From the human T2T-CHM13v2.0 reference genome, Homo sapiens, in assembly GCF_009914755.1 (NCBI RefSeq), contig NC_060935.1: a stretch of DNA of 64,000 nt; one strand, given 5' to 3'. The position numbers and the translations under genes were made by a program. The first letter of the stretch is position 1, and each line of letters starts with the position of its first letter. The notes beneath the pieces were generated by a model, which was not told the origin of the DNA, did no database searches, and saw nothing but the letters and a program-made list of their open reading frames with translations. Positions 25,326-39,349 of this stretch are shown here, in pieces.

Positions 25326-28300
25326 TTATTTCTGACTTAATTTCATTATTCACCCAAAAGTCACTCAGAAGCAGGTTAGTTTTTATGTAATTGTATGATT
25401 TTGAGTGAATTTCTTACTCTTGATTTTGAATTTGAATGTGCTGTGGTCCAAGAGACTGTTTGTTATGATTTGAATTCTTTTGCATTTGCTGAGGAGTGTT
25501 TTCTTCTGATTATGCACTTGACTTTAGAGTAAGTGCCATGTAGCAATGAGAAAAATGTATATTCCCTTGTTTTTGGGTAGAGAATTCTATAGATATCTAT
25601 GAGGTCCATTTGATTCAGTTCTGGGTTCAAGTCTTAAATATCTTTGTTAATTTTCTCTCTTGATGATTTTTCTAATATTGTCAGTGGGGAGTGAAAGTCT
25701 CCCATTATTATTGTGTGAGAGTCTAACTCTGTTTGAAGATTTGTAAGAACTTGCCTTATGAATCTTTGTGCTCCTGTATTGGGTGTACCTTCTTTGTCTT
25801 TGTTGGTTTAAACTCTATTTTGTCAGAAACTAGGATTGGAAACTCTTCTTTTTTCCTGTTTTTCATTTGCTTGGTAGATTTTCCTCCATCCTTTTGTTTT
25901 GAGCCTATATGTGTCATTCCATGTGAGATAGGTCTCTTGAAGACAGCATACCAATTGGTCTTAGTTCTTTATCCAACTCGCCATTCGGTGTCTTTTATTC
26001 GGGGGTATTTAGCCCATTTACATTTAAGGTTAATATTAATATGTGAAAATTTGATCCTGTCATCATGATGTTAGCTGATTATTTTGCACACTTGTTTATG
26101 TGGTTGCTTTACAGTGTCACCTGTCTGTGTACTTCATTGTGTTTTTGTTGTGTCTGGTAATGGTCTTGTCTTTTCATTTTAGTGCTTCCTTCAGAAACTC
26201 TTGCAAGGCAGGTCTGGTGGTAACAAATTCCCTCAGCATTTGCTTGTGTGAAAGAATCTTATTTCTCCTTCGCTTATAAAGCTTAGTTTGGCCAGATACA
26301 AAATTTCAGGTTTGAACTTCCTTTTTAAAATAATATTGAATATTGATAACCCACTCTCTTTGGGGTTATAGGGTTTCAGCAGAGAGGTCCATTGTTAGTC
26401 TGATGAGCTTGCCTTTGTAGGTGACTTGGCCTTTATCTCTAGCTGCCTTTATCATTCTTTCATTTTGAACTTGGAGAATATTATAATTATATGTCTTGGG
26501 GATGATCTTCTCATGGAGTATTTTACTAGGGTTCTCTGAATTTCCTGAATTTGAATGTTGGCCTCTCTAGCTAGGTTGGAAAAGTTCTAACGGATGATAT
26601 CCTGGAATATGTTTCCCAAGTTGCTTCCATTCTCCCCATCTCTTTCAAGTACACCAATCAGTCATAGATTCAGCCTCTTTACATAATCCCATGTTTCTCA
26701 GAGGTTTTCATTCTTTTTTCTTTGTTCGGTGTCTGCCTGACTTACTTTAGAAAGCCAGTCTTTGAGCACTGATATTCTTTCCTCCACTTGATCTACTCTT
26801 CTATTAATACTTTTGTGATTGCATTGTGAAGTTCTTGTAATATGTTTTTCTGTTCTATCAGGTCAGCTACATTATTCTCTATACTGTCTCTTTTGTCTGC
26901 CATCTTCTGCAATGTTTTATCATGATTTTTAGCTTCCTTGCATTCCATTACAATGTACTTCTTTATCTCAGTGAATTTTCTTCCTATTCATATTCTGAAT
27001 TCTACATCTGTCATTTCAGCCATCTCAGCCTCAGCCTGGTTCTGAACCCTTGCTGGAGAGATGACATGGTCATATGGAGGAAAGAGGATACTCTGGGCTT
27101 TTTGAGTTTTCAGTTTCCTTGAGCTGATTCTTTCTATCCTTAGGGGCTTACCCATCTTCAATCTTTGAGGTTGCTGACCTTTGAATGGGTCTTTTTTTTT
27201 TTTTTTTAAACAGTCTGGCTACTTTTTCACAGGGTTGCTGTGGTATGCTGGGGGTCCACTTGGAGGTATCACCCTCTGCCTACCCCTTCATCTCCGGGTG
27301 GCCTAAAACCTTTGTCAGTCAGAGAACACCAGTAGAGGTAGCCAGAGACCCTGGTTGGGAGGCTCCACGCAGTGATGTGGAATGGGGTTGGGGACTCACT
27401 TATAAAAACAATTTGGATAGCTTCATCAGGTTTCTGTGCTGTGCTGGGGTACTGTTTTCACCCCCAGTTGGCTTAGACTCTCCAAATCCCGGAGGGTGGA
27501 ACTGCTAAGTTGCCCAAACAGCAGAGATGGTGGCCCACCCCTCCCTCTGGGATTTCTGCCCAGGGAGTTTTTAAATCTTTGTAGGCCAGAGAACATCTTT
27601 GGGGGTGGCTGGAGGCCCAGGTTTGCAGGTTTCTTCCAGTGAGGAGAAATGGGATCAGGGACCTGCTTAAATAAGTGGTGTGGTCATGCTTTCATAGAGC
27701 AGCTGTGCTATGCTGGGGTACTGCTCTGCCCCTGGTTGGCTTGGGCTCTCCAGAGCCTGGAGGCTGGAAGAGCTAACTCTCCCAAACAGCAAAGATGGTG
27801 GCATGCCCCTCTCTCTGGGAGTGCTGTCCCTGGGACTTTTCAAATATCTATCAGCAGGAGAACACCAGCAGAAGTGGCTGGAGGTCCCAGTGGGGAGGTC
27901 CTGCCCAGTGAGGAGGAATAGATGTGGGGCCTACTTTAAAGAGCAAGCTAGCCACATTTTGGTAGAGCAGCTATGCTGTGCTGGAGGATCCTTTCCACTC
28001 CTGATCGGTTTAGACTCTCCAAAGCCTATAGGCTAGAATGGCTAAGTTGCCCAAACAGTGACTGAGCTCTGTCCCAGGTAGGGGCAACACTGCTACTGGT
28101 GGCTGGCTGCAACTCCAAGCCAGTGGGTCGTGTCCTGTGAGACAGACCTATGTCACATGGAAGCGGGGCCTGCAGAACATTGCTGCTTGCCCACCTGGAT
28201 TCAGCCTCTTTCCTCGGGGTATGTATGGAGGTCTAACCTCCCACTTTGCTGGAGTTGCTATTACCTTTTCTTGGAAGCCCAAAAAGCCAGAGTATCTAAA

Positions 28301-28520
28301 GCTCCTGGGTCTCTACATGTGCTTGAGCAGCTGCTCTGTGTGACTGCACACAGCTCTGTGTGTCAGACTAGAAGCCCTTATGGAGTGGGTTCATGAGGGG
28401 ATCTTATGACCCAAGGGATGCAAAGGTCCGTGGGAGAAGCGTGGTTTCCCGGGGTCACACGTTTACCCACCACTTCCTTGGGTGGGGAAGGTTCCCTTTC
28501 TCAATGTTACTTCCTGGATT
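25326..28520 (-). mobile_element. Old primate L1 (approx. L1PA11-16): long 5'UTR, degenerate ORF1, start of ORF2; 3' portion missing
   Basis: Reverse-complement endonuclease sequence (agtctcccattattattgtg), ORF1 sequence (cttagtttggccagatac) and a GC-richer 5'UTR ~27150-28520. Confidence 0.88.
27321..28060 (-). repeat. Three degenerate ~268-bp tandem units within the L1 5'UTR
   Basis: (a/g)gagaaca(c/t)c at 27321, 27588, 27857; recurring gct(g/a)tgctgg, (a/g)ctctcca and cccaaacag. Confidence 0.8.
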
Positions 28521-28950
28521 CTGATGTTACCTGATCCATGGGTTATACTCTAAAACTACTTTTTCTTAATGGCATACATGTATTATGCAATTTCTTTATG
28601 GCAGAGGACATTTAAAAGTTCAGAGTTTTGAAACTCATAATTTTTGTTTATTTCCCTCAAAGCTGTCTCTAATATAAATTATAAATGGCTATCTTAAAAA
28701 ATAAAACCCCAAGTATTCTAAGTATTCTGCCTTACTGCTGTGTTGTCTCCTTGCTGAACAATAAAGATAAAAATGCCTTAGCTATTATTGGAATGGGGAG
28801 GAGGGGCCACTATGTAATTCAAAGTATAGAAAAATACACATTTATTATTGTAAAAAAGTACTATGTCTCTGTACCAGTCTTTATTCCCAGTTGTTCTTTT
28901 TACCCTCAGTATTTCTTCTTGTAGTAAATTTGTAGTAACTTTTGTACTCT

Positions 28951-28954
<4 letters not shown>

Positions 28955-28989
<35 letters not shown>
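28955..28989. repeat. (CA)n microsatellite
   Basis: Read directly. Confidence 0.95.
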
Positions 28990-28990
<1 letters not shown>

Positions 28991-29477
28991 CTATATAAAA
29001 TCATCTATGATTACATTTATCTCCCGAAACCACTACTTTCATCTAGTTATTTAACTGCTTTTTTCTTCTCCATTTTCTAGAAAACAGCCCAAAATCTTTA
29101 GTTTGGCATTCAAGTCCTGAGATACATTATCTCAACGTACATTCCTGTCCTAATTTCTCATAAGTTTTCCGTAAATAAATATTTATCTATCTTACAACCA
29201 CCTATTCACTGTCTTTCTCCATTTATCTAAAAGTTGCTAAACTTGAAAATACCTCTTAAACCCTTTTCTCTGAAAAGGGTTTACATCCACTGAAAGATGA
29301 TCTCTTTCCACTAGAAACAATGATAATGTTCTCCTGCATCACAACTATATCTCTTAGCTGTAGTTACATCTTGACTATTTCTGTTGCACTATTAATTGTC
29401 AATGTTTTCATAGTTTGTAAAGATAAAAATTCTCTGAATTGCATGGCCCAGGCCTTCTCTCATCTTATTGTCTACAG

Positions 29478-29812
29478 CAGTGGTCTCCAGCCTTTTGGCA
29501 CCAGGGACTGGTTTCATGGAAGACAATTTTTCCAAGGAGGGAAGGCAGAGGGGGTTGTTTCTGGATAAAACTCTTCTATCTCAGATCATCAGGCATTAGT
29601 TCTCATAAAGAGCACTTGACCTAGATCCCTTACATGTGAGTTCAAAATAGGGTTCATGCTCCTATGAGAATCAAATGCCACCACTGATCTGACAGGAGGT
29701 GGAGCTCAGTTGTAATGCTCCTTTGCCTGCCGCACACCTCCTGCTGTACAGCCCGGTTCCTAACTGGCCACGGACCAGTACCCATCCACAGCCCAGGGGT
29801 TGGGGACCCCTG
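29478..29812 (+). mobile_element. MER1B (hAT-Charlie MITE)
   Basis: TIRs cagtggtctccagcc / ggttggggacccctg; degenerate 8-bp TSD gtctacag/gtctataa. Confidence 0.9.
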
Positions 29813-30324
29813 GTCTATAACATCCTTTGCACTGAGTGCCCAGTCAAATAATTGCTGTTTAATAGATTTGTCTGAGTCCTTGGTGAAGTTTACTACAACC
29901 TAACTAGAGAAACTTCATTTTTGTTCTTATTATTTTGGCCATTCAGTAAATCCTTTGAGATAAATAATTCCACTTTAAATCTGTGATATTTGAAAATAGA
30001 AAAAAGAATTTATAGTCAGTAAAATCATTATTTCATTTGTCATCCCAATGCAATGCAAAATAAGAGAAAAAAGAAAATATATATACCCATCTCTCAAAAT
30101 TTCTAAAGAAAAAGACCAGTAAATTTTTACTAGTCATCTATAACTGAGGCCAAAAATATCTGCAAAGGATAAAATGTTTATATTCTGTTTGGAGAGTCTA
30201 TTTAATCCCATATATCCTGATAATTACAACAATAACAGCCAAAAGAAAACCAATCTATAACAGCTATTTCAATTCTGAAATTTGTTGTGCTACCAGATCT
30301 TCAAGGTTATTAGTAAAATATTAA

Positions 30325-30646
<322 letters not shown>

Positions 30647-31599
30647 TGAATTTTATTTAATAATTCATCATTCATATATTTTATTACATACGCATGGAAC
30701 AATTTTGTTCTTTTCAGAAATAATGTTAAAGAGTCCAAAGATCAAGCTCTGGAAAAAGTCACATATATTATAACTGTGGAAATTATAAAATACTAATCAA
30801 AGCTTTTTCCTATGAGAGATTCAAGTCTAAAGAATTCTCATAAACATTTTTATTTCATATATTAAATTCATGTCATAAATATGCAATATATAGTTTCAAA
30901 ATAATAAAATTAATTTTAACTATGTTAACTAAACACACACAAATAAATGCAAGTTATGTCAATCATTGTAAATTTGCAGCCCTGGGTTTATTATCATTGA
31001 ATGTTTTATGATTATTGGCTAGAATATTTATATAAAAAAATCATACCTAGCTAATCATTAGAGTAATGTACTTATGCATCATAAAATCAATAGACACAAA
31101 TGATAGGAGTCAATTTAAATACATTGAATTGGAGGTAATTTAAGTGTATCCAAAAGGAGGTATCTTAATATCTAAATATGTTAAGTCAGAGGTTCTTAAG
31201 AATATCCAAAAACATTAACCAATTACTTATTCACTTCCTGACAACTTAAAAACTTCTCATCCTGGCTTCTTTCAAGTCTTCTTTCTTCTCAATGTATGCT
31301 ACACAACATGTGCTAAAATTCCAGCACATTAGACATGTTCCAAACTTCTCCCCCTGCTTTACGGGAAACAAATTCCTTATGTTATGGAATTTAAGATATT
31401 CTCTAATATGATCTTTAATGTAAATTCCAGACTTATCACCGCCTTTACCATTGCACAAGTCCAAGATGGATTTTTGTGCATTCCTTCCTTTTCCCTGCTT
31501 CTTTTTTAAGTAATTCTCTAGCTTCAAACTTAATTCTAACATATAATCAAGTAATATCCCTCTCCTCCTGACTTTGCCTTCAGTAACGCCTCGAATATA

Positions 31600-34500
31600 C
31601 TTAGTGCAGTAATTTTTCATAAAATTAAAGAAGCAATTTATCAAGTTCCCAAAATAAAAATTGTTAAAATTTGTTTGGAATTTTATTAAATTTAAAAGTT
31701 GGTCTTTTGATGATTAATATCTGTAAAATATTAATTCCTGTTATCCACGATGGTACATGTCCCTATTTGTTTTCTTTAATATCTCATCATAAAATGTTTT
31801 ATTTCTTCCTGCAGAAGTCTTACAGTTTATTAAATATGTTTTTGGATATTATGTTACTACTGTACAAAATATTTTTTCTTTAATATTCAGCAGTTGGTGT
31901 AAAAAATATGCTGTTACTGTATAAAAATGTATCATTTTTATATTTTAATCTTATATCCAGCCAGCTTGCTAAATGCTCTTATTACATTTAATAATATACG
32001 TATGGATTCTTTTAAATTTTCTAATTGAGAGGTCATAACATCTATAGCTACATAAGCTTCTGTTTCCTTCTAATACTTATGTTTTTAATCATAGTCTAGG
32101 ACTGCTCACACAATGTTGACTAGAATAGTGATAACATCTGTCTTAACCAGGGTTAATCCAGAACAAAACAAGGATTTTAATTGCGGAAAAAATTTCAGGG
32201 AAGATAGGCAGAAAGCTAATGAGAGTAAAATATGTAAGGAGAGGAAGGCAATACAGAGGGTACTTCCGATTTTTGATTGCTCTCCATGATAAATGAGGCC
32301 ATTTGCATCATCAAGGTTATATAAGATACTGTGTAGACTGAACTTCGCAACTATTCACTTGAGAAAAGAAAGAGGGGAGAATTTATTCACTGGCTCCTGT
32401 CTCACCCTGGTCAAGAATTGTCCATGAGGTATTCATTCACCTTCCCAGACCACATATGCATAAAAATCAGTTAGATTTCCCTTGTCTCTTAAGTCATGCT
32501 TTTAGAAACATCCAAGGCCGAAAGCGAAAATGCGAGGTGTAACCGAAGCAAAGTGCTATCAGTTTACACCTTAATGAAGCTGAATGCCATGAATATGACT
32601 TGAGTAAAAGGAGAGCCAAAAGGATGTGGGGCATGGAATAAGTAGCTAATATAATAGACATTTTTGTCTTAAAAGAAGATGTCTCTAATTTAGGACGGCT
32701 ACTCATGGTTTTTTATACCCTTATTATATTAAGAAAATGGTCTTATATTATTAATTTGGTAATAATCTTCCTTGTAAATGGGTTTTAATTTTTTAAACTG
32801 CATGTATAGAGAATATTATATTATTTTCCCTTTAAATTAATCAATTTGTTGGATTGAATTTCTGGATTGTCTAATACTATATTGTCTTTTCATACCTGGA
32901 ATAACACCAATATGGTTGTGGTGCAATATTTTTTCTGTACATTGTTGTGTTTGATTTCTTAATATGTTAATTTTTTTTTGCATCTATCATCATAAGTGAA
33001 ATAGACATGCAATTGTTCTTTCTTACATAGTTTTCTCTAGATTTTTTACCAGGTTGATGAGGCCTCATAGAGTACATTGGAAAATATTCCTCCTTTAAAA
33101 TTTCATGTCAGAGACTAAATAAACTTGGTATCATGTGCTTGAACACTTACAAGAACTCATCTTTAAAACCTTCTGAGCCTAGTGTTTGCTTGTGGGATTA
33201 TTTTAAGCACTGTGTCAATTACTTGAATGCTTATATTATCCATGCTGTTTTTTTCTCCTTGGTTTAATTCTAGTAAGATATATTTTCTGCAAATTTCAAT
33301 TTAATCAAAAGTATTCAAAATTATTGGCAAAAGTGTTGGCATATTACTTCTAGTGTTACAACTTTTATTCCTATCATTCTATATGTATATCTTTTTCTCT
33401 TAATTACTGTTGACAAAAGTTTGTCTCCCTTTAATTCTTTTTTCAAACAACTACTTAGGCTTTGGTGATCTCAGTAGCATTGGTTTATATTTTAATGAAT
33501 TTTGCTAGATTTTTACTTCACTTGCTAATTTCTTTAAGTTTTATTTTTATTTTTCTACTTTATTATGATGGGCATTTAGCTTATGTATTTAGAAGTTTTC
33601 TAATTTTCTAAAAAAACTAAGTAGGCTATACATGTGTTTCGTAAAGCATTGGTTTGTTGTATCCTACTAGCTTTGATATATAATGTTTTCATTAAAATTC
33701 AGTTCTAGTCATTCCTTAGTATAATTTCTTCTTTATACCATGAGTTATTTAGCAATGTTTTTATATTATTCAAATGTGTGATATTTTAAACATTTATATT
33801 TTTGTCATTAACTTCTAATTTATATTGTGATCAAAGATTATAATCTTTATGATACCTGCCTTTGAAATTTTCTAAGGCTTTGCAAGTGTCTGTGAAAAAT
33901 GTCTTTCATTAATTGTTACACGTAGAATATATATATATATATATTCCATGAATTTATTGATTATGGGCAAGTTTACTGATTTTGTTGTAAATATTTATAT
34001 ACCCCTTTTCATTTACATTTTTAACTGTTAGTAAACGACAGATGTGTGTTCAACCTACTGATAAAATTTTGGATTTATGAAATTATTTTTGTATTTCTCT
34101 CAGCTTATGCATCATATATTTCAAAATTACTTCATTACTAATACCTATAAATTCTTGGTAAATTGAAATTGCATCATTAGATAGTGACACTACCCTATAT
34201 CATTATCTTAACTGTAATTTATCTAATATCAGTATGGCAATTTCCTTGTGCTAGTATATGAAATGAAATGAAAAACATGTGTTAAATGTCTTTATCTCTT
34301 CTCTTTGAATTTTTGTTTATCCTCATGTTTTAAGTGTCTTTTGTAATCAGTATATAGCAAAATTTTGAATGTTATTCTCAGTCTGTCAGAATTTGTCTTT
34401 GAACTGTTAAGGTTGTCCATATTTATTTATTGTAACTATTGATTTATTTAGAACTGTTACTGTCTTATTTTTGTATTATATCCTATTTTTGCAATGTCTA

Positions 34501-34780
34501 TTTTAATTATTTCTTTTTTAAATTGATAACTGTATACCTCTTTTAATAAAATAGAAATCAGCATCGTTTTACATGTCTTGGTCTTTCTCACTTCCACTCC
34601 TGATTTAAGTATTACATGCAAAAATTTAATGAGTTTCTCAGTTACAATACTTCTGATACTGTACATTTCTAATATGATTTTTATCATGTTCTCATATTGA
34701 AGTGACAGTTTGAAATTCTTTTTTTTTCACCTAAATATCTTGTTATTTTGATCTGTGAACTCATTTTCCTCAGGAATATT
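31600..34780 (-). mobile_element. Ancient L1ME-type ORF2 fragments, with a probable old LTR nested at ~32140-32640
   Basis: ttaatcttatatccagccagcttgctaaat; tttgcatctatcatcataagtga; tgtgatcaaagattataatc. Confidence 0.5.
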
Positions 34781-35938
34781 AGCTTTTTTTTTCTTCTTCA
34801 GGCAATGAGAGTTAAGGAAGACCAAAACCCCAGTATTTGTCAGACTGATAAATCCAGAAGATGTGGAGTAGAAAAGCCCATGGGTAGAGCCGTCTAAGAA
34901 AACCAGATTCAATCATTCCTTTTCTTATAAAACAAACACTTTTATCAATTATTTTTCCTTCTCAGCCCAAGAAGTATTCATTAAATACTTGGAATATAGT
35001 TCCTAATGTTTAGAGTTTTGAAAGGGAAAAGATGGGAAATGGAGAAGCAATTGACTGAAGTCAGTAAGCCCTAGGGATTCTTTGATAGTTATTCCTAATA
35101 CACCTGGACCCAGCTGTGTGGCACAGGCATTATTCGTCTCCAGGAAATGTCCTGGAAAAAATAAGAGCATAACTCCAATAATCCTCACTGTACTTAAACC
35201 TCAGCAGTGCTTGATTGCCTCCTGTCACAGGTCAAAGCTACTTCTTCCTACACACCAATTTAAAACCTCATCTCCCAGGGGTTTGTCAGTTTTCTCCCTT
35301 TTCCCTACTGATTCCTCCGAAGCTGAACTTGGGAGTGGAAGCCAGCAGCCATGCTAGTTCAACCACTTAGTCAAACTTGAACCCATATTCACTTTTCTTT
35401 GAGATGCTGTGTAGCATTATGATTTCCTCTGTTTACAGGGAAGATGTTTACACTTCATGCTTTCCTATTATCCTATCATGCCCAAGAAAACCCATTAACT
35501 TTCCCATCTTTTTTTCTACATTTAATATCTCACATTTATATGACTCACCAGGCCCTGTAGTAGTATGCTGATGAACACTCTCTGGAAAAACAACAACAAC
35601 AACAAAAGCCTGACTTTTTGCATTTGCAGATCTCCATAGCTTATATACTGTTATCAAGGTTGATTTTAAGCTACCAACAATTTAGTAACTGGCTGGCAAC
35701 ATTAGAGGAACCTTCAGTGTTTGCATAGAAATAAAGTTCATATGGGTGGAGAGGTCAAGATGTGTTTTCTTTAGAATCATTTTCCTTGACATTCTTCTCC
35801 TGATGGTCCAACACTGTGTATTGTTCTCCTGCAACAGGGCTAAATATAGGTGACACAGATACAAATATTGCTCAAAGCAAAGATATTTCCTAGCTTCATC
35901 ACCATAAATTCACAATAAACATCAGATGACAAAATCTA

Positions 35939-36367
35939 CTATATTCATTGTCTAGAGCTGCTGTGAAAAAGTAACACAAATATGGTACTGTAAAACAACA
36001 GAAATTTATTATCTTGCAGTTACGGAGAACTCTAAAATCCAGGTGTTATCAGGGCCCTGCTCTCTCTGATGCTATGGGTAGAAGTCTTTCTAGCCTTTTC
36101 CTAGCTTCTGATGGTGGCAGGTGTTCACTGCTTGCAGCTGCATCACTGCAATCTTTGTCTCCATCGTCACCTGGCATTCTCTCTGTATGTCTCCACATCA
36201 TCTTATAAGGACATCAGTCATATTGAATTAAGGGTCCAGCCTACACCAGGAGATCCAATTTTAGCTTAACTAATTATATCTATAATGATTCTACTTTTAA
36301 ATAAGGTCATATTTTGACATACTGAGGCACAGGAATATTATATTTTTGAAGACACAAACCTACAACA
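35939..36367 (-). mobile_element. MLT1C-like solo LTR (MaLR)
   Basis: aaaacaacagaaatttatt, cttataaggacatcagtcatattg and aaataaggtcatatt motifs. Confidence 0.8.
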
Positions 36368-36409
36368 ACTAGTTTAACTTCCTTTTCATGATCTTTTTGG
36401 GTCATGTAG

Positions 36410-36583
36410 TATATGTTTCTCAGCACTGATTGCCCAAATTATCTGAGGAATTTATAAAATATACACACTTGGGTCATACAACAGAGCAATGAAATTAAAA
36501 TTTCTCTGAATGGGGCTAGGACACCTCTATTTGTAAGAACACCCCTAGGTGATTATGATGCCCAAGTGCATGTAACAACACTG
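36410..36583. mobile_element. MER5-type hAT MITE
   Basis: tttctcagcact...tctctgaatggggctagga...cctaggtgattatgatgc. Confidence 0.55.
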
Positions 36584-36589
36584 ACAGAA

Positions 36590-37371
36590 TGAGACAAAAG
36601 ACCCCTTCAGGGGCCTGCCAGGTCCCCCAAATATGAAAATAAAGAAAAATATTTAGTTCCTTCAAAGGAAATTCCAGAAACTTAGCTCATCTTAAGAAGC
36701 AAATAAGGACCTTGATAAGTCAGAAGGTAACAGTAGTAAAAAAACAATAGCCAAGGAAGCTGAAATCACGGGGATGCTTGGTTCTTCTAAAGAAAGTAAA
36801 GATAACGTCTTAACATGTAGCTCTCAGTTGTTTTTCAGAAACCCAGACACCCACAGACTTGACCTGCTGTCACATAGACCTCAGATAAGGGGAAACTGAG
36901 GATTGAACTTTGGCTGCCATTCCTTGTTCTAAATTTCTTCCTAAGAAGCCTGAAGAAAGTCATACCATGAGCTAGAGCTAACGTTCTTTTCTACTGACCC
37001 CAAATTTTTAAGCAAAGCTTCTCTTCCTTAACCAATTGCAAATCAGAAAATCTTTGAATCTACCTATGACCTATAAGCCTCTGCTTTCAGATACCCTGGC
37101 CTTTTAAGCCAAAACCAATATGTAACCTCCATACATTGATTTACAGTTTTGCCTGTAACTTTTTTTTTTTTTTTTTTTCCCCAATTTACCCCTGCTTTTA
37201 GAAACCCTTACCTACAAGGCATCGGCGAGTTTGGGACTTAAGCATTTGCTGCCTGATCCTCCTTGCTTGGGCCCTGCATACCAACACCTTCCTTTCTACA
37301 GCTGCAAACCTTCCTTTACATATCTGGTTCTACTGTGCCAGGTGAGTGGACCCCAGTTCAGCTCTTTAATA
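36590..37371 (+). mobile_element. ERV1 solo LTR (MER72-like)
   Basis: TG start; 4-bp TSD agaa (36586-36589 and 37372-37375); CCAAT boxes; TATA-like ttttagaaa ~37196; expected AATAAA degenerate. Confidence 0.75.
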
Positions 37372-37654
37372 AGAAGGCACATATGAAATCCAATTAATCC
37401 CAGTCATGGCTACCAGCAGGTAATGCCTTAATGGATATATTATCAACTTCTATTCTACTGATTTGTGGCTTAGCATACACAGTACTACCCCCAATTTGTC
37501 TTTAGTTCTTATATGTATGAAAAATTATATCTTCAATTAAATTGATAAAATTATCAATATAGTTATATATGTGCACACACACATATACCCACTTCTTCTA
37601 GAATGTAACCTTCAAGAGGCCAGGAATTTTTATCTGTTGTGCTCTGTACTAGAA

Positions 37655-37856
37655 AGTTCCACACCAACGGGGAGATGGAAAGTGGTGGAAGTGAACAGCC
37701 TCCATGGGAAGGATTATCACTAGCATCGTTTAGAAATCTGGATACGTGAGGATGATAAAAAAAAGACTGACAATTGACTTCAATATTCCTTTTAAATTAC
37801 CTCATGACAATGCATATCTTATCTTTTGCTTCCACCTATTCTCACATTTGCCACTG
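37655..37856 (-). mobile_element. Arthur1/MER69-like hAT fragment nested in an L2 3' end
   Basis: ttatcactagcatcgtttagaa...gataaaaaaaagactgac; L2 motifs on both sides. Confidence 0.4.
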
Positions 37857-38939
37857 ACTCCTGGCACATCATAGGTGCTCTATAAATGATCATTAACTGG
37901 GTCAATAAATGAGTATAAGGTGTTCAATAAATACTTGGTTAAAGGGTGGAAGGACGGATACAGAGATGAAAGAAAGGGTAAATGAATAAATATATCTTCA
38001 CCTACCTAAGTAAAAGAGTGAAAGAGTAAACCCCTTCAACATACTTTGGCACTGTTCTTTAGACTCAGGGACTCTGATGTCTGATCCCATAAGCAAAGTT
38101 ATGACTGGCTTTGGTAAGAGAAAAAAAAATCTCTAAACATGATAGTCCATAGGAAACTTCTCCATCCAACCCAGAAGTAAGATCACAGTATTAATACCAA
38201 CTAAATGCAGGAAAAAGACACAGGAGGGAAAAAATTAATATCCAGTATAAAAAAAGTAATAAAAGGCAAAAGAAAAAGCTAACCCTGATCCTGAGTACAC
38301 ATAGGAATGAAGTCATAGGATATCTTTTTTCTTCAAGAAAAAAGAAAACACATAAAAGAGAATAAATGAGAAAGGGCAAATGTTATAAATAGTGGCAAAC
38401 GTAGGAAAATGAAAGCAAGGGAAATGGAATATCATGGTGAAGGAGAGGAAGAAATAGAATCCTCAAGGAAGGAATAAAGACAGCTAGCAAAGAAGCAGAT
38501 CGTTGGCCTCTGATTGTATTTCATTTATAACTGTTATTACATTTTATTATATTTCTCTGGCAGCAGTCCCACATCTCTTTATGTCTGAAGGAAGGGGGTG
38601 GCAGAAAAATGTTGCTCTGGAGACTTGAGATTTATTGCCTCATACACTTAGTGTTAGGCTGATTTTTTTTTTTTAAATTACATGCCACTGCCATGTTCAA
38701 AATAAAACTTAAGATAGACTGCATGCCATGTATCATTGTAAGGATTACTTTTATTCAGAGTGAAAAACTAATGAAATTCAGTTAAATCCTAAGCAAATCA
38801 GAAACCACTAAGGTAGACACCAGCTTCTATACTTTTTTTATTTTATCATAACTTGTGCCTCCAATGAATGATATGGAATTGAATGGGTGATTTCCTGAAT
38901 TAAGAACACATTGCATGAAAAATAGGTAGATATTGCTAC

Positions 38940-39180
38940 AGAAAGCCTAGGTTTTTGAATCTAGACAGACCTAGATTTATATCCCAGTGAACGTGGACAA
39001 GTTACTTAAACTATCTAAGCCTCAGTTTCCTTAGGTGTAAACATACATATTAATAGTAGTTATCTCATTATGGTTTTCCTGATGATTATATAGTGTAATC
39101 AGTGATTGTATAGTATATAAAGTGTGAAAAGTTTTTAGCATAGTAGCTGGTAAGTATTCAAAATAATGAGTAATTTTATC
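38940..39180 (+). mobile_element. MIR SINE
   Basis: ggacaagttacttaaactatctaagcctcagtttcct core. Confidence 0.75.
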
Positions 39181-39349
39181 ATTAAAGTCATGAACTTTTT
39201 CTTCATTTTAGTATTTGTTTCAAGAAAAAGTAATCAAATCTTAATGTTAATAAATTTACATTCAGAGTTAAATTAGCTAATGAAAGGAAATATGTAATTA
39301 GTCACTTCCTCTATTCTCCATAGTTACTTGGAAGAGAAGGTATATTCAC

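Noticed and set aside
27185-28396. Dense cluster of overlapping ORFs, or a CRISPR-like array
   Set aside because: GC-richer L1 5'UTR with degenerate 268-bp units; no repeat-spacer structure, and the DNA is human.
31246-31644. 132-aa minus-strand ORF
   Set aside because: No recognisable domain, no convincing splice context, and it overlaps decayed repeat sequence.
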